From NCBI RefSeq assembly GCF_033153115.1, contig NW_026889779.1:16988001-17052000 (forward strand): a DNA stretch of 64,000 nucleotides. Reading direction: 5' to 3'. This document shows positions 37,274 through 51,505 of this stretch, in pieces. Source of the stretch: Saccostrea echinata. Taxonomy: Eukaryota. A program made the translations under genes and the position numbers. The notes under the pieces were generated by a model that ran no database searches, had not been told where the DNA came from, and worked only from the letters and a program-made list of their open reading frames with translations. Within the stretch, counting starts at the first letter, position 1. The number at the start of each line of letters is the position of its first letter.

Positions 37274-39679
37274 CCTATTTGGGGTTGCGTTACAAAGTGC
37301 ACATGGAGAAATGAGAAGTTTTATTACTCCGATAAAATTATTTGTCAATGATAAGATGAATAAAATAATGAGTAAAAATTTTTAAAACTTGCTCTTTACT
37401 AAAAGTTAATTAATGCTGTGATGTTCAATCTAAAGTAAAAACTTCTTTGAATGTGCTACAGCTACACTGTGCATTTATTGAGTGTAGTCCATTATCGCAC
37501 CGTGCAGTTCGACCATCGGCATCATCACGTGACAAAGATCCAGGGTATCAGCAAGTGGTTCGGGATCATTTTGGTGACAATACATTTGTATCATTTTAAT
37601 ATATTAATATTACTGTGTATCGATGAATCAGTTTCACTATTAAATGCCGAATATTCATTGTGATGAAATGCACATTAAGCTTTTTAAAGTATACATCAAA
37701 ATGCTGGGAGCGTTTTATTTGCTACACCTTGTACACTATAATATACCATCAATACAGTTAGTATATAGGTCCCTGGTTGAACTCTTGGATATTAAGCTTT
37801 TTTTTTTTTTTTTTTTGATTGGCTTCAAAAATGTTCATTTTGTCGGACCCGATAACCAGACAGCATTCTGTCCAAGAACTCAGTCAATAAACGTGTTATT
37901 ATACCTTTTAAAAACTCTTGCCCTGGCGTCCATGTTTGAGATGCTCCGGGTTGCAGATGCCAAATTTTTGATGTAAATTTCATTTACCCGCAATGCGTTT
38001 TTTACTCGGTCAATTCCGTAACTGTCGAAAAGTAACGAAAGAAATTTGACATTAACACGATGTTCTTCTCATAGTCTGCAGTTTACTTAGATCCTTGTAT
38101 ATACATGTATGTAGTCAAAAGAATGATATAATTTACTGTTGCTTTTTAGGTCTATTTGATGTTTTAGTCACTTAAGTTCACCGAGGTCGAAGGGCGAGGT
38201 GGATACCGTACTTCGAGGGTTAATTAATAGGACTTGAAGCAACCATGATATCTTTCCTTACATTTGTTGAAGTCAGGGTTTAAAAAATATAACCAGTTGT
38301 GTTAATTTAAATTTTTTGTATCCTGTTTTGGTGCGTTATAGAAAAAATACAAATAAATAACATCTATATTGAAAAACGGGGAGGGGGGCTTCCTTAACAC
38401 ATTTGACATAACACCCCCCCCCCCCTCAAAAAGAGAACTCTCCAAACTCCAAAATCTTATTACGAAAGGGGGTAGGATCAATAAATATGGGGGCGATTTT
38501 ATTGCTCTGGATAAAAAAGAGAGGACAGCTTTTCAATGAATATTTTCATACCAAATTAAAAGTAAAAATTTACTTTCAGAAATAAGATGGAGGACACATC
38601 CCCATACTACCTGTCTGAGTGTTTATGTTCACCTGGAAGTTGGATGGAGATAAATAACTCTTCGTTACTGGTTGTATCAGTCCAGAAGTTCTCAATCTAT
38701 TTTTAGTCAAACATAGAAAAAACAATATCTTATATTCACCTGGAAAGTCGCATGGACAATGTTGGATCTCTGTCAGAGAGCTAGGAATTATTGAGACATA
38801 TACCAGTAATAAAACCATTGCCCTATTACATGTTTGATGTTTTATATATAGTCTGTTACGTTGTACTTAGTGAACGTTGGCTAAAAGCAATTCTTTTTCT
38901 TATCTCATTTCAAAGACCCCCCCCCCCCTTTTCAAAAAAAAAAAAACAAAAACAAAAACAAAAACAAAGCAAACAAACGGAAAAAAAACATAGGATATTA
39001 TTTCATGATTACTGAACCATATAATTTCTAGTATATTTTGCGCTATTATGTACATGTTAATAGATTTTTTGGGGGGCGTGGCATTTTTTTTTCTGATTTT
39101 GGAAAATCAAAAAAAAAACTTGTTGTATTACACTGTACCTGCATAGCAGAAGGGACACTTAGGGATCACTTCACCCGGCATCTTTCTGTCTGTCTAGTAC
39201 ATGTACAATCAAATAGTTAAATTTTCACCTTTTTTAATGATGCTATGAAGCATGTGACACATACATTTCTTGGAACACTTAAATTTAAAATATCTGTGAT
39301 AAAGTTACTCTTAAGACAAGGACTAATCTAGGTCATATCTAATTTACTGCCGATTGCTAATATTTTTCCCAAGGGACCCCCTTTAAATAACTCGTCTTTT
39401 AACTTTTAATGAGTCAAATACCTTCCAACTCCCTTTAACAGAGTTGTAGATAAAAAAAATATTTTCAATTACATTTACCCTTGCTTTAATTGATACATGT
39501 TTACTACTATTAATTCAGATTTGTAAAAAGTGATATTTTGCAAACTTTTAACAAACAGAAAGGTTTACATATAACATATCGTTGAAAAATTAGAGCTTTC
39601 GATGCCATGCCAGTAATTTCATAAAATGAGTAACTAACAATTTTCTTGTTCAAAACTCAAATATCTCTCAAAAATATAA

Positions 39680-40285
39680 AGAACAGAGTAGTCAAGGTTC
39701 TTTGATATAACCAATATAGAGTAGTCTAGGATCTTTGACATAACCAGGATAGATAAGAAATTATCAGTTCAGAAAAATCAGAGTGCTTTGATATAGTCAG
39801 CACAGAGCTGCTATGCATATTTATCTGTACCAGGAGAACCTTCACTAATCTGTATATTTTAGAGCCTAATTAGCTACTCCAATATTGGTAATATCCAAGA
39901 ATCATGATTTCTATACCCTGAACTATATTCATCTAAGAACCAAGACTATATATCTAAGTAGCTTGACTACACTGAACTGGTCATATCCAAGAACCTTGAC
40001 TATGCTGTACTAGTAATATCTTAGAACCTTGACTTCTCTTTACTGAATATATCTAAGAACTTGACTACTGTCTACTGATTATATCTAAGAACACTGAATA
40101 CTCTGTACTGGTTATATCCAAGAACCTTGACTACTCTTTACTGGTTATATCTAAGAACCTTGACATCTCCATACTAATTAAACCCAAGAACCTTGACGAC
40201 TCTGTCTTGGTTAAACCCAAGAACCTTGACAACTCTGTCTTGGTTAAACCCAAGAACCTTGACAACTCTGTACTGGCTATATCTA
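39680..40285. repeat. ~33-bp degenerate minisatellite with an inverted block
   Basis: ccaagaaccttgacaactctgtcttggttaaac-like units at ~39880-40285; reverse-complement copies (agagtagtcaaggttctttgatataacca) at ~39680-39810. Confidence 0.8.
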
Positions 40286-40576
40286 CCCTGTACTGGTGTG
40301 TAAAATATGGGAATTCATTATAAAAGATAAAAACAAGTGTTAGTTGATAAATATCTGCAAAATTCTTAAATGTGACATTCATGCAATGTTTTAAAGAGAT
40401 GCATGCAAACTAAAATTTGATAAAAAGTCAAATTGATTTACAATTCTTTGCAGGGCCAACTTTTGTTTTACTCTCATTTTTCATTACTCTCATTCAAAAA
40501 ACAAGCAATTACATAGAGTACTAAATAAACAAAAAGTTTATGTCCAAGGACTGAATGCAACATCAAATTAATATAT

Positions 40577-41424
40577 AAACGAGAGACCCATGGGCCACAT
40601 CGCTCACCTGAGCACTTTGGAAAAAGAAGAAATCGGTTCAGTATTGAAAAGTTTAAATATAAAAGTGGTCCCAACATATTTGATCTGCTATTGAGGCCTT
40701 GCCCTACCACCAGGAATTAATTCTACACTACCTGAGGATGCTTCCATATCAATATGAATAATAATGGATTTGCTGTTCTTGATCCCCAATTGTGGCCACA
40801 CCCTACCCCCTAGGGTCATGATTTGAACAAACCTGAATCTATATCACCTGAGGATGCCTCCATATTAATATGACTAAACACAGCTGTGCTGTTCTTGAGA
40901 AGCTGTTTAAAGATTTTTTTTCTATATATTCCTATGTAAAACTTTGATCCCCCATTGTTGCCCATCCAACCCCTGGGGGTCATGATTTGAAAAAAAAACT
41001 TGAATCTACACTACCTGAGAATGCTTCCATATCAATATGGATAATAATGGCTTTGCTGTTCTTGAGAAGAAGATTTTTAAAGATTTTTTCCTTTATACTC
41101 CTATGTAAAACTTTGATCCCTCATTGTGTCCCCACCCAACCCCGGGGTCATGATTAGAACAAACTTTTATCTTCACTATGTAAAGAAGGTATCTTTTAAG
41201 TTTCAACTTTTTTGACCAAGTACTTCTTGAGAAAAAAGATTTTTTTACAATTGAACTTCCCTTCACCCAAGGATGCTTTGTGGCAAGTTTGGTTAAAATT
41301 GGCCCAGTGGTTCTGGATTAAAAGTTGAAAATTTGAAAAGTTTACAGACGGACACACAGACAGACAATGGACAAAATGTGATCAGAAAAGCTCATTTGAG
41401 CTTTCAGCTCAGGTGAGCTAAAAA
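40577..41424. mobile_element. Helentron-associated non-autonomous element (HINE/pearl-like) with internal ~167-bp satellite monomers
   Basis: Subterminal inverted repeats gctcacctgagc (40602-40613) and gctcaggtgagc (41407-41418); palindrome aagctcatttgagctt; GACA microsatellite; internal repeats tctacactacctgaggatgcttccat spaced 167 bp (40838, 41005). The layout matches oyster Helentron-derived elements as I recall them. Confidence 0.8.
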
Positions 41425-41710
41425 TACAATATTCATGAAAAACTATGCTCTCTGTAATGTAAACAATACTATGCCAAACTGTCTTGTACTGAGTTTAGAT
41501 GAAAATATATATATATGCATATATTTTGTTCAAAAAACAGACTGCTTTACAGGATCAATTATCATAAGATTATGATTTATGACTGTCTTGAAACAAAATT
41601 TCACTACACTGGTTTAAATTTGTGTTCTGTAAACTTTACAAGTTTTAACATTTTACATTCAAGAGATGCATGATACATATACATAGGATAAAAGTATATG
41701 ACAGTAATTA

Positions 41711-44291
41711 TTATTGAAAATAAGTATGGTATAAGAACTGTTTGTTGATAATGTTTCTTGCACATGCATGGATTGGCTTTGGTTTGGTGTTATTTCGAGG
41801 GGTCACAATCTCGGCCCTCATTGGTGACTTCCGCATGTCAATTTGTATCATCTGAGAAAACGCATCCTTCTTTTTCTGGTCAGCAGAGAGAAGCAATATT
41901 CTGCCTCTATAGTGTGTGAACCCTAAAATGGGCAAATATGAAGGCGACAATTTGGTCAAAGGCACAAACCTACATTTATAGTCATCTTCTCTTCTTTCAA
42001 TATCAAACTTGATAATGTCACCTTTGGCATTTATTATGAAGTTCAGATGTCCAAAGGATGATACAGTCACAGGCTGTTCTAAATCCAGTTGACCTATGAC
42101 CTTGCATTCTCTTGTCCGGATTTCAAACACCTGAATGTCTCTGACAAATTGTCCACTCTGGTCAATTCCTCCAAAAATGAAAATTCTTTCTCCCACAACT
42201 GTGGAAGCTGCAGAATGAACAGGGCTCATCAGTTCTCCCAAAGCTCTCCATTTTTTTCCTCTGATACTATATTCTTCTATGGAACTTAAAACATTCTTTC
42301 CTTCCTTTGCTTTGGGATTTTTACCACCAATGATATAGATTGATTCTCTCACAGCTGCCATGACATGACAGGTACGTCCTCTCTTCATCAAAGCTTCACA
42401 TAAGTTCCATTCATTTCTCTCTGAATCATAATGAAGCAAGTTTTTGGAATTGTTTGTCCCCCCTGCCAAATAAATGTCACTTCTGTAGGTGACCATCTGG
42501 AAGTTTAAACCTGGGTTTTTGTCCAGTGGTATTGGGGCTAAGGTGTACCAACGATTCTGGTGAAAACTGAAGGCCCACAGACACTTGCCATCCTGATAGA
42601 ATGATCCAGATCTCTCCATATCATATTCTGTAATCACCATAGTTACTTCCTCAAATTCATCACTGTTGCGCAAGTGAAATCTGGTTGAGCAGTACTCTTG
42701 CTGTCGAGCTGGTAGCATGTGGTAATCTCTAGCTTCATTCAGGAATTTACTACAGTTTTCATCCTCTATCAACAAGTCTTCCCTGTACAATTCACTCAGT
42801 AAATACTCTGGACTGATGTTTATCAATCTCACATGCCGAAAAAGTTTGTCAATGTTATCTTCTCTGTTCCTTTTGTCTGCTTTAACCCAGCGCAAGACCG
42901 CCTCACAAATTTGTTCTTCATCCACAGGAACCAAATCGTCATCTTTGACAATGCTCAAAACATCATCAATATCCAGCTCATCAAATTCTTTAGTCTTCCA
43001 CAGTCCGTTGAAGCCTTCCATCACATATGGTCGGCATTTCTCTAAAAGTATACTGCAGCCAAACTGCCGAGCCAGTTTGAAAATTTCAAGACAATTTTCA
43101 GTGTCCATTTCTTTGCCAAGAAATTCCTCACATGATTCTTGCAGAGCCTGCACCTATATTTCCAAAGAAAGAAAATAATGCAGCATTATCATTTAAGATT
43201 TCATATACCAATAGACCTAATAATACTACATCCTGTATATCATTTATTAATAACATGAAAACTTTTTTTTAAACAATTTATACTTTTACTTCCCAAATTT
43301 ATGAGTCAGACAGAACTCATGGTTTTTCTTTTTCGACTGGATATCGCAGAATGTTAAAATCAAAGAAATAAAAGCTTTTTCCCTTTCGTTTTTTTAACTT
43401 TTTATGTTCAAATTGTAATTGAAGCTCTAAAAGTTACTGCAAAAACTAAATTAAATATTAAATGAATGCAAGCTATGAGCATTTTGACAGTGTACTTGGA
43501 ATAATGCAGCTGCTCGGAGAAGTTCCACGACATTGTCCCTGCTAATATCCTCTTGTCCTGTGTATATATATGTCCTGAAAGCCTCAAAGGTAGCCTTTTG
43601 TATATCAGGTAACTCCAGCCTGTTACTGGTGGACTCTAGCATTCCAGAGCTAAACATAGACTTGAAATATGGTGAACCTTTAAGAATAAAATCACTATTG
43701 ATAAAAATATTACATTAAATACACAATACGCTTGATTTTTTTTTTTTTTTGATCATTAAATTTGAAATAGTTATTCCTGAGATTAAGTGTTGTAATGTTA
43801 ATTACTTTGTACTTAATTTCCAATTCTTACATGTAAAGTTCCTTAATGTTCTTAATAAATTTCATATTTAATTAAACTTGAACTGGTTACCAAAAGAGTA
43901 GTTATCTGAAACAATGGACTCTTACATTATGATATCAACAATAAAGCCATGCCTTATTTACCTGGTAAAATAAAATAAGTTAATCTTTATTTTTACAACA
44001 GGGCAAAGATTTTATTAAGAAGCACTATATGAAGGAATTAATGAACAAGTGCAAATAGTTCTTATCTATTTCTGAAAAAATACCTGCTGCAAGTAGAAGT
44101 TTGTGGCAGGGGAAGCTCTGCCCCTCCACAATGATCTCCACGTCTGAGTTTTCTCCTCCCATCCCCATCTCCATGATACCACTCATCATGCTCTCTAGGT
44201 ACCGCTGACGAGCACTGTCAGACATACTGTTAAGGAAGCTCTGCCCCATGTTTGACTTGCTGCTCTTATTAGGAGGCTCGGACTTTGCCAT
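41711..44291 (-). CDS. Kelch-like BTB-BACK-Kelch protein, paralog 1 (~610 aa, 3 coding exons)
   Basis: Exons 44084-44291, 43496-43677 and 41711-43153 splice in frame (phases 1 and 0). BTB motif SDVEIIVEGQSFPCHKLLLAAGSPYFKSMF; BACK motif EEQICEAVLRWV; Kelch repeats with IYLAGG, IYIIGG and IFIFGG. Confidence 0.95.
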
Positions 44292-46684
44292 GTTGTTTTT
44301 ACTTTGTTACTTCACCATCAACCTTGAATGATTCGAAAATGTTAATAAAACAGTCCTTTACGGGTATTCCCAGTTGATTTTTACATTATCACTACAAATG
44401 CAACATTTTTTAAAATTCATGGAAAGTTTATGAGTTAAATTGTTTGTCATCATGATAAAAGAGTTAACTTTCTAATTTCTAACCTTCACTAGGGTTATTT
44501 TTAGACCACTGTTTGGATATTGAAGGTTATTACTGTACAACTGGAATCATACCCTACATATGCATAATTGTCAAATCTGTTGAACAACAACACTGTAACT
44601 ATGGAAATATTCTAATTGCTTATGGTTTTTATAGGTAGAGAAACATGCATGAGAGGAGATTTCCTTCACTATTTTGAAATACTTATTACACTCCCTTCCA
44701 CACCTTGTCACAACTGTGAACATACTTATTTTAATGGTACTTGTAATACATTTAATGCGTTTTGCACCGCTCCATGTCCACTTATTCATGTACATGCTAA
44801 AAAATAACTTAAACTCCTCATTTTCAAAACTCAAGTTCACTAAGTTACATTTAGTACCATTGCACTAATAGGCTGAAGATGAAAATTGCACTAAATTTTG
44901 AGTGCACTAATTTATGTAGGTTAAAAGTTTCTTCTTTTACAATATGGTCATCTATCTGTACTTTTTTTTACACATATTTCATGTCAATTTTTTGACATGA
45001 CCACTTTCAAAAATTATCTTACAGCAATCAGTATATGGTGCACATTTCTCTCTCAATTTAATATATCCTACCTAAGTTTATCGCAAAGATCAAAGAGATG
45101 TGGCAGCCATTATTCTCCAATTAATCACAAATGTTATTAACAAATTATCGATAATTTTAAATTGGTTTCCTCTAATTTTGATTGCCTTCACTAGGAAAAG
45201 GATAGAAGTATCCTTTGATTGTGATGCAAATTGGTGGGAAAAAATTTACTTTAGGTTTAGATTACATCACACTTTTTCTAATCCTTAAGATACAAATGAA
45301 TGAGGATAGCATTCAATTGTGACGTCATAAGACACTTATGATGACATCCAAATCTAGCGTCTGTATTTCTCTATTTATAAATTTTCTTAAATATTCACCA
45401 GTGATTCATTTCGGTCTGCGTCCTGCGTAAATCATGCATGGATATTGCTCAGGATGCATTAATTCAATAAATGTCCATCCCAATGGATGCAATAAATTTG
45501 CAATAGGACATATCATATATACTTGCCTATAATTCGGTTTTTTGGGAGTTAAACTTTCGTTCCAAACTCCTTATTTGACTTATACGCAAGTTATAAAAAG
45601 ATAGGTATTTCAGCGGGTCAATCCCTCTAATTGAAGCTTTAAAAATACAACCGACTTATAGGCGGACCAACTTATAGGCGAGTATATACGGTTTATATAA
45701 TTTTAAATTTTTTCTGTATAATCCAATTCAAAATTGGGTCAATTGCATCATATCCACATGCAAAGCGATATGCATGAGTGATTTCGACAGGTATAAGGTT
45801 ACCAACCACAGGTCAGATTTAACACTTCACTGTTAAATTGCAGTTAACAAGCAATTATCAGAAAATATTTGAAAGTTAGATAGCATTGTTCGATTCTGAA
45901 GCACTCATACTATTATAATATGTTTGTATTTTAGCTGTATTAACATGTATCTGAGTGTATCATTTTATTTTTTTTCCTTAGAAGCTAAAAAGTATTTGAT
46001 CATTCTTCTTTCAAGCTACTTTAATTTCTTTTTTTCTTTTAAATTTCTTTACTTCATTCAATAGATCTGTATATTTTATGACTGATACAATGTTTGAGAT
46101 TGTAGTTATGATCTAAAAATAGAACCAATTGAAAGTGCACAGTTGACAATATATTATTTTTAATGTCACAAAATTACGTATTCTTACTTCCTATTGACAG
46201 TAATAGTATAAACAACTCACAGCTACAAAAAACTTTGCAAATTTGCAAATGTCCTCGTACCCTTGGATTTGGACGCATTGATTTTGGCATGGGACGCATT
46301 GTTGTAATTAAGAGGGGTCCTTTTGACCCATGAAAAACATTTCCAAAATGAATCACTGTATTCACCGTAGCAGAATAGAAATAATTCCCTCTTCGTCAGA
46401 ATTGTTATATATAAAAGAACAAGTACATTTATATTTTTACTTTCCTTTTCTTACACATCAAATTATGATGAAAGGAAGCACAGCTAGGATAACAACCGAA
46501 AGCAAAACCAGGATATATTTTGAACTAGTTAGAATATTCTAACTGTGTCTCGGGACAGGCCCTCACCACAGTTAGAATACATCTTATATACTTGCAATGT
46601 AGCAAATCGGAGTGGATCCACTCTGAAATGATTCTGAAGAATACAAAATGAGTAGCACTGAAAATAACTACCAAATTAATCATA

Positions 46685-46802
46685 ACAAACCTTTTTGAGA
46701 TTGTATATGCCTTTTAACCTAAAAATTAATCCATATATATATACGAAAATTCAACTCATTTTCTCAACGTTTTTTCCTCGCTTCAAATTTAACGCCATGT
46801 TG
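46685..46802 (-). promoter_or_regulatory. Possible 5' UTR exon and promoter of Kelch paralog 1
   Basis: YY1-type CAACATGGCG on the minus strand at 46793-46802; donor AAG|GTTTGT at 46685-46690. Confidence 0.3.
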
Positions 46803-47972
46803 ACTTTCGGAACTCTCTGGATTCTTCATAGAAAATCCACAGAGTTCGAGTTATCGCCCGTGTTTATTTTGCTACATTGCGAATACACGGAACGAATTCT
46901 ATCGTTAAACCGGGTCCGTAGGACAATATCATTTTAACGATAGAACATTCTATCTAATTTTGAACCTAAAGGAATATTCTTTTTGAATTCCAAAAGTTTA
47001 CTCAAAGGGCCATAATGACTCTTGGTTTTCAAAATCAGCGAGAATACTGTTTGTTATCATTATATTTATAATTTCAGCATCTACTATTCGTAATTGAATG
47101 GCTTTTAATTTCACTAACGTATGTCAATTAGTGTAAATTGATTTTGTTTTACTTCCTGGATATGGTACTGCTCCCGTTACAGTAAATTTGTTGTCATATT
47201 TAAACGTACATTGTATACACACTTATTTATATACTACCGTAAAAGTATATTTAAATTCCTTGAATACCGACATAAAAAAAAAATACCTGTCATTCTGGCA
47301 TCTTTTGAAAATGAAAGTAGGCCTGAACGCTTTCTTTTTAAATAATTTGTTCTAATAGATTTCGTGTTCATGATTTTAACTCAGTCACGAATAATATACG
47401 TATAAAGATATAAATTAGACAGTGTGTTAATAATATTAATGTTATGCTCTTTCTGAAATTATTCAAATTGAATTCTATTTGATTCAGATTGTTTCGTCAA
47501 TTAATGTCGAATCAACAATGGTACAACTCTTCCATAATTTTTAGCGTTAACGGCACGCTGCAAGTGGCAACGTAATATATTGACGTAACAGCTGTAAAGT
47601 AAGGTACACGGCTGACGTACAGGTATACACAACACTCACTGCTTACGCTTTTTAATAACAAAATTTTGCAGATGAAAATCATAAGCAGATAGGTGTTCCC
47701 TATTTAATTTTGTAAACAATATCGATATATCCTGGTCTCAGGATGGTGTGTTTTGTGTAGTGTATGGTTTCCTTATATGACTGTCAAATAGTGAAGTACA
47801 TTAATTAAAATAAAAATCTAAAATAGCTGATTCAGAAGTTAGTGGTTTAAAAAAATCTCATTTTATGTACATAAAAAAACACAAGGTTTGCCACTCACCA
47901 TCTTGGATTCTAGGGGGTACCTGGATTCACACTTGATTTTAATCAATATGCCTATCTACATTTTTCTTACTG

Positions 47973-48952
47973 CATCTTTGCTAGCCAAGGGTTTCTGATC
48001 CACTACTCTCCTCGTAAACCCTTGGCCTATGGTGCTGTCAAAAGTTGGAAATGTTTACGTCACATCATCTTGAATATTACCACATAAGCACAGATTGCAT
48101 CATTGACAGAAATAAAAAAACTCACTTAGAATAAAAGTATTTAAAGAATAATTAACAGGTAGGTATGGAGCTTTATTTCCTATGTAGCTTGTAACATGAG
48201 CTTTGGTTGGATACATAGTAGGGTGTAAATTTCTGTACACCCGACTTGAGCCGGAGGTAAAAAAAAACGTGACGTCATAATGCATAGTTTCTCTATGATA
48301 AAATGCAAATAACATGACGTCACGATGCATTGTAGGATGTAGTAAATCTTATTGATAGCTAGAAGCACAGCTGATTGGACTTGTTTACAAAGAATTTATT
48401 TAAGTACATAGGAAATAAATTTGTTATCCAGGTTCAATCAAGGGTGTACGGGGATTTACCCCGTGTTTTATTCCATACACCCTGAGGCCAAAGGGTGTAA
48501 ATCCCCATCGGCCTCAGGGTGTGTGGAATAAAACCCGGGGTAAATTCCTGTACACCCTTGATTGAACCTGGATAACTAATAATGTTTATTTGTTATGTAG
48601 GTCACAAATCTATATCTGCAATATAGATTTCTGATCACACTTACCGGTATGTGTACATCTGCTTAAAGTTGGATGACACCATAATTATTTATAGAATGGC
48701 ACATTATCTTATGGAACATTGTTTACTAGTGCTTTTTTATTCCCAAGACTAAAGACTTGAAGAGTCAAGATATATCCCGAACAGATATATCGTCATTAAT
48801 TATTTTTATTACAAAATAATTCGCTGATTGGTCAAACAATATCAATTGACTCCAATCACAACCCATGAAAAAAATCCTGACTTTTGATAGCACCATAGGC
48901 CAAGGGTTTGTGAGGAGAGTAGCGGATCAGAAACCCTTGGCATGCTAAGATG
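47973..48952. mobile_element. Non-autonomous element with ~72-bp terminal inverted repeats
   Basis: 47973-48044 (gccaagggtttctgatccactactctcctcgtaaacccttggcctatggtgct) is the near reverse complement of 48880-48952. Confidence 0.8.
48423..48576. mobile_element. Near-perfect 154-bp palindrome (MITE/foldback-like)
   Basis: gttatccaggttcaatcaagggtgtac ... gtacacccttgattgaacctggataac; arms ~65 bp. Confidence 0.85.
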
Positions 48953-49209
48953 TTTCTACTGATGTTAGGGGAGATCTCGCTTTGAAAATGATTGAGTGAC
49001 TCCCATCTATCATCTGCCAATTTTCACATCCTGCTTAAAACATGCAGTGAACCAAAACAGAAGTGATGATTTCTATTTAAAATGTAGTAGAGGTGTCCCA
49101 GAATTGCATGAACAAGAGAACAAGTTTGACATGGTTTCTGTTCTCTCTAGATATTCCCTAGCAAATATAAGCCCTACTGGGATCAAATTTGCTTAAATGA
49201 TGCAAAAAG

Positions 49210-50330
49210 GGGTGAACACTAAAAGACTTGCTTTGGATGCTGAATCTGACTTATATTCTCAAAATTTTTGGAGCCAGTCCATTCCAAAGTAACAATCAAA
49301 CCTATTAGGACCAAGCTTGCATGGATGATACATCTAAGGACTGACACTACGAGACATGCCTCGGATGCTGATTCTGACCTACATTTTCCAGATAAATGAC
49401 CGGGTAAAAGTTTTTGGAGCAGGTCCATTGCCAAGTAAGTTTGAATGGATGATGCATCTAGGGATAAACACCATCTGACTTGCTTTGGAATTGGATGCTG
49501 GACCTGATCTACATTTTCCACATAAATATTTGGAGCAGTTCCATTCCCAAGTAACTATAACCCTTACTTGGGCCAAACTTGCTTTGATGATGCAAGTAGA
49601 AATGAACACTACCAGACTTGCTTCAGATGCTGAATTTGACTTACCTGGGTACATTTCCCAGATGAGTGACCAAGTTAAAGTTTTTAGAGCAGATCCATTC
49701 CCAAATATCTATAAGCCCCACTGGGGCCAAACTTGCATGAATGATCCACACTACTAGTCCAAAATATCTGATGTTTTCCTGGCTTTTTTACAATTTGATA
49801 TTTTACTTGCCAGGAAAACTTCAGAATCCGTGACAACCTCTGGTTGGAGGCGGTGAATTCCTAGTTTTCGTAATGGCGCCGATTCTGAAGTTTTCCTGGC
49901 ACGTAAAATATCAAATCATAAAAATGCCAGGAAAACGTCAGATATTTCGAACTACCACACTACCAGACCTGCATCAAATGCTGAATCCAACCTACATTTT
50001 CCAGATAAGTGACTATTAGCCCTACCTTGACCAAACTTATGTAGGTGATGCATCTGGGAATGGACAGTATTAAACTTGCTTCGGATGCTGGATCTGACCC
50101 ATCTGACCAAATTAATGTTTTTAGAGCAGATCTATTTCCAAGTAACTATAAGCTTTACCTTGACAAGACTTGCTTGAATGATGCATCAAGGGATGGATAC
50201 CTCAGATGCTTGAGATGCTAGATCTGACCTACATTTTCTGGATGAGTTAAATTTGTGGAACCATTCCCAAGTAACTTTACATTATACTGAAACCAAACTT
50301 GCATGGATATTGCTTTTGAGATGCTCACTA
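49210..50330. repeat. Degenerate ~125-135-bp tandem repeat
   Basis: acact---agacttgct-tggatgctgaatctgac-tacattttcca recurs near 49216, 49344, 49469, 49606, 49957, 50064 and 50197. Confidence 0.8.
49755..49954. mobile_element. 200-bp foldback MITE with 9-bp TSD (Mutator-like)
   Basis: Arms of ~75 bp (tagtccaaaatatctga ... tcagatatttcgaacta) flanked by the exact direct repeat CCACACTAC (49746-49754 and 49955-49963). Confidence 0.9.
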
Positions 50331-51244
50331 ACTAAAAAAAAAAATTGTTGTGAGATTTGCCTTATAAATGGACAAAATTTGTCAAGGTGGGCTTTGTAAT
50401 CTTTGATTACCTGTGTTTTTGTGAGGGGATCAACTGATGTAACCTTTTTTTTGAATGGAAATATGAAATAATGAATAAGAAATTTCAGACATTAAAAACT
50501 GTCTAATACAACACCTCTGCAATCCGTTTCACTGTGAATTCCGACCTTTCTTTTGATTTCTACTTTGTTATTCTCTATGTTCTTCACCCTGTGCAATCTG
50601 ACACTTTGTCTATTCTGACACAAAATGTCTCTCCCAATGCATTTGGGATTAGACAGATTTTATTGAATTATAAGAGGCTATAACAGAGAAAAAATTGACA
50701 ATTTGCTCACATGACTGTATTGACTATTTCAAAGGAAGGAAAATTGCAATACACTGTACTTGATTGTAGAAACCAAAGACAAATATTACATTATTTTATC
50801 CTAAAGGATTATAATTATCTATCTACTGCTGCATTACATGTAAGATAGTTATCTGTCATATAGAAAGTCAATTAAATGGTCAAGCCATTTCAAGCGAACT
50901 GAATTATCACTGTGTTTTACATGTATATGAATGGACGATCATGGTATCTGAGTGGTTAGGGTGCCAGATTCAAATATATTTTTGAACATTGGAGTAGGTC
51001 TAATACAGTGGAGATTGAAATTTAAAGACCCCTGAAATTAAAGGGTATATATGCGTTAAAAATTGGCAAACATTTTTGGCCATGGTAAGGAGATTCAGAT
51101 CTTTAAGATAGTAATGTTGCTGTGCTGTGTCTGCGTATTTAAACAAAAAGTTTAGTGCAACCTGTAAAAAGCATTTTATATGCATAATTTGTCTTTGGTA
51201 TTCTTTAACAACATTCATCACCTGCATAACACAGTTGTAAATAA

Positions 51245-51505
51245 AATTTTGTTATAGAGTCATAAAGAAATGATCCTTAAGTCTAGGGTTTAAATCCCAC
51301 TGTGGGACATGGAGACCAGTCCTTTGGATGAGACAGTATAAATAAAGGCCCCATTTCAAAGTAGATGCTGGCATTGAAAAAAAATCCTGCGTTACTCAAT
51401 GCCTATAAGAGCCAAGTACAGGATCTAAATTTGCAGTGTTGGTGTCCTAACATGAGTGAAAATTTCTCAAAGGGATCTAAAGCAAACAACCCACCTACCA
51501 ACTAA
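51245..51505 (+). mobile_element. Degenerate tRNA-derived SINE-like remnant
   Basis: B-box-like ggtttaaatccc; 3' catgagtgaaaatttctc followed by a degenerate aac/caac tail, resembling mollusc SINE ends from memory. Confidence 0.4.
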
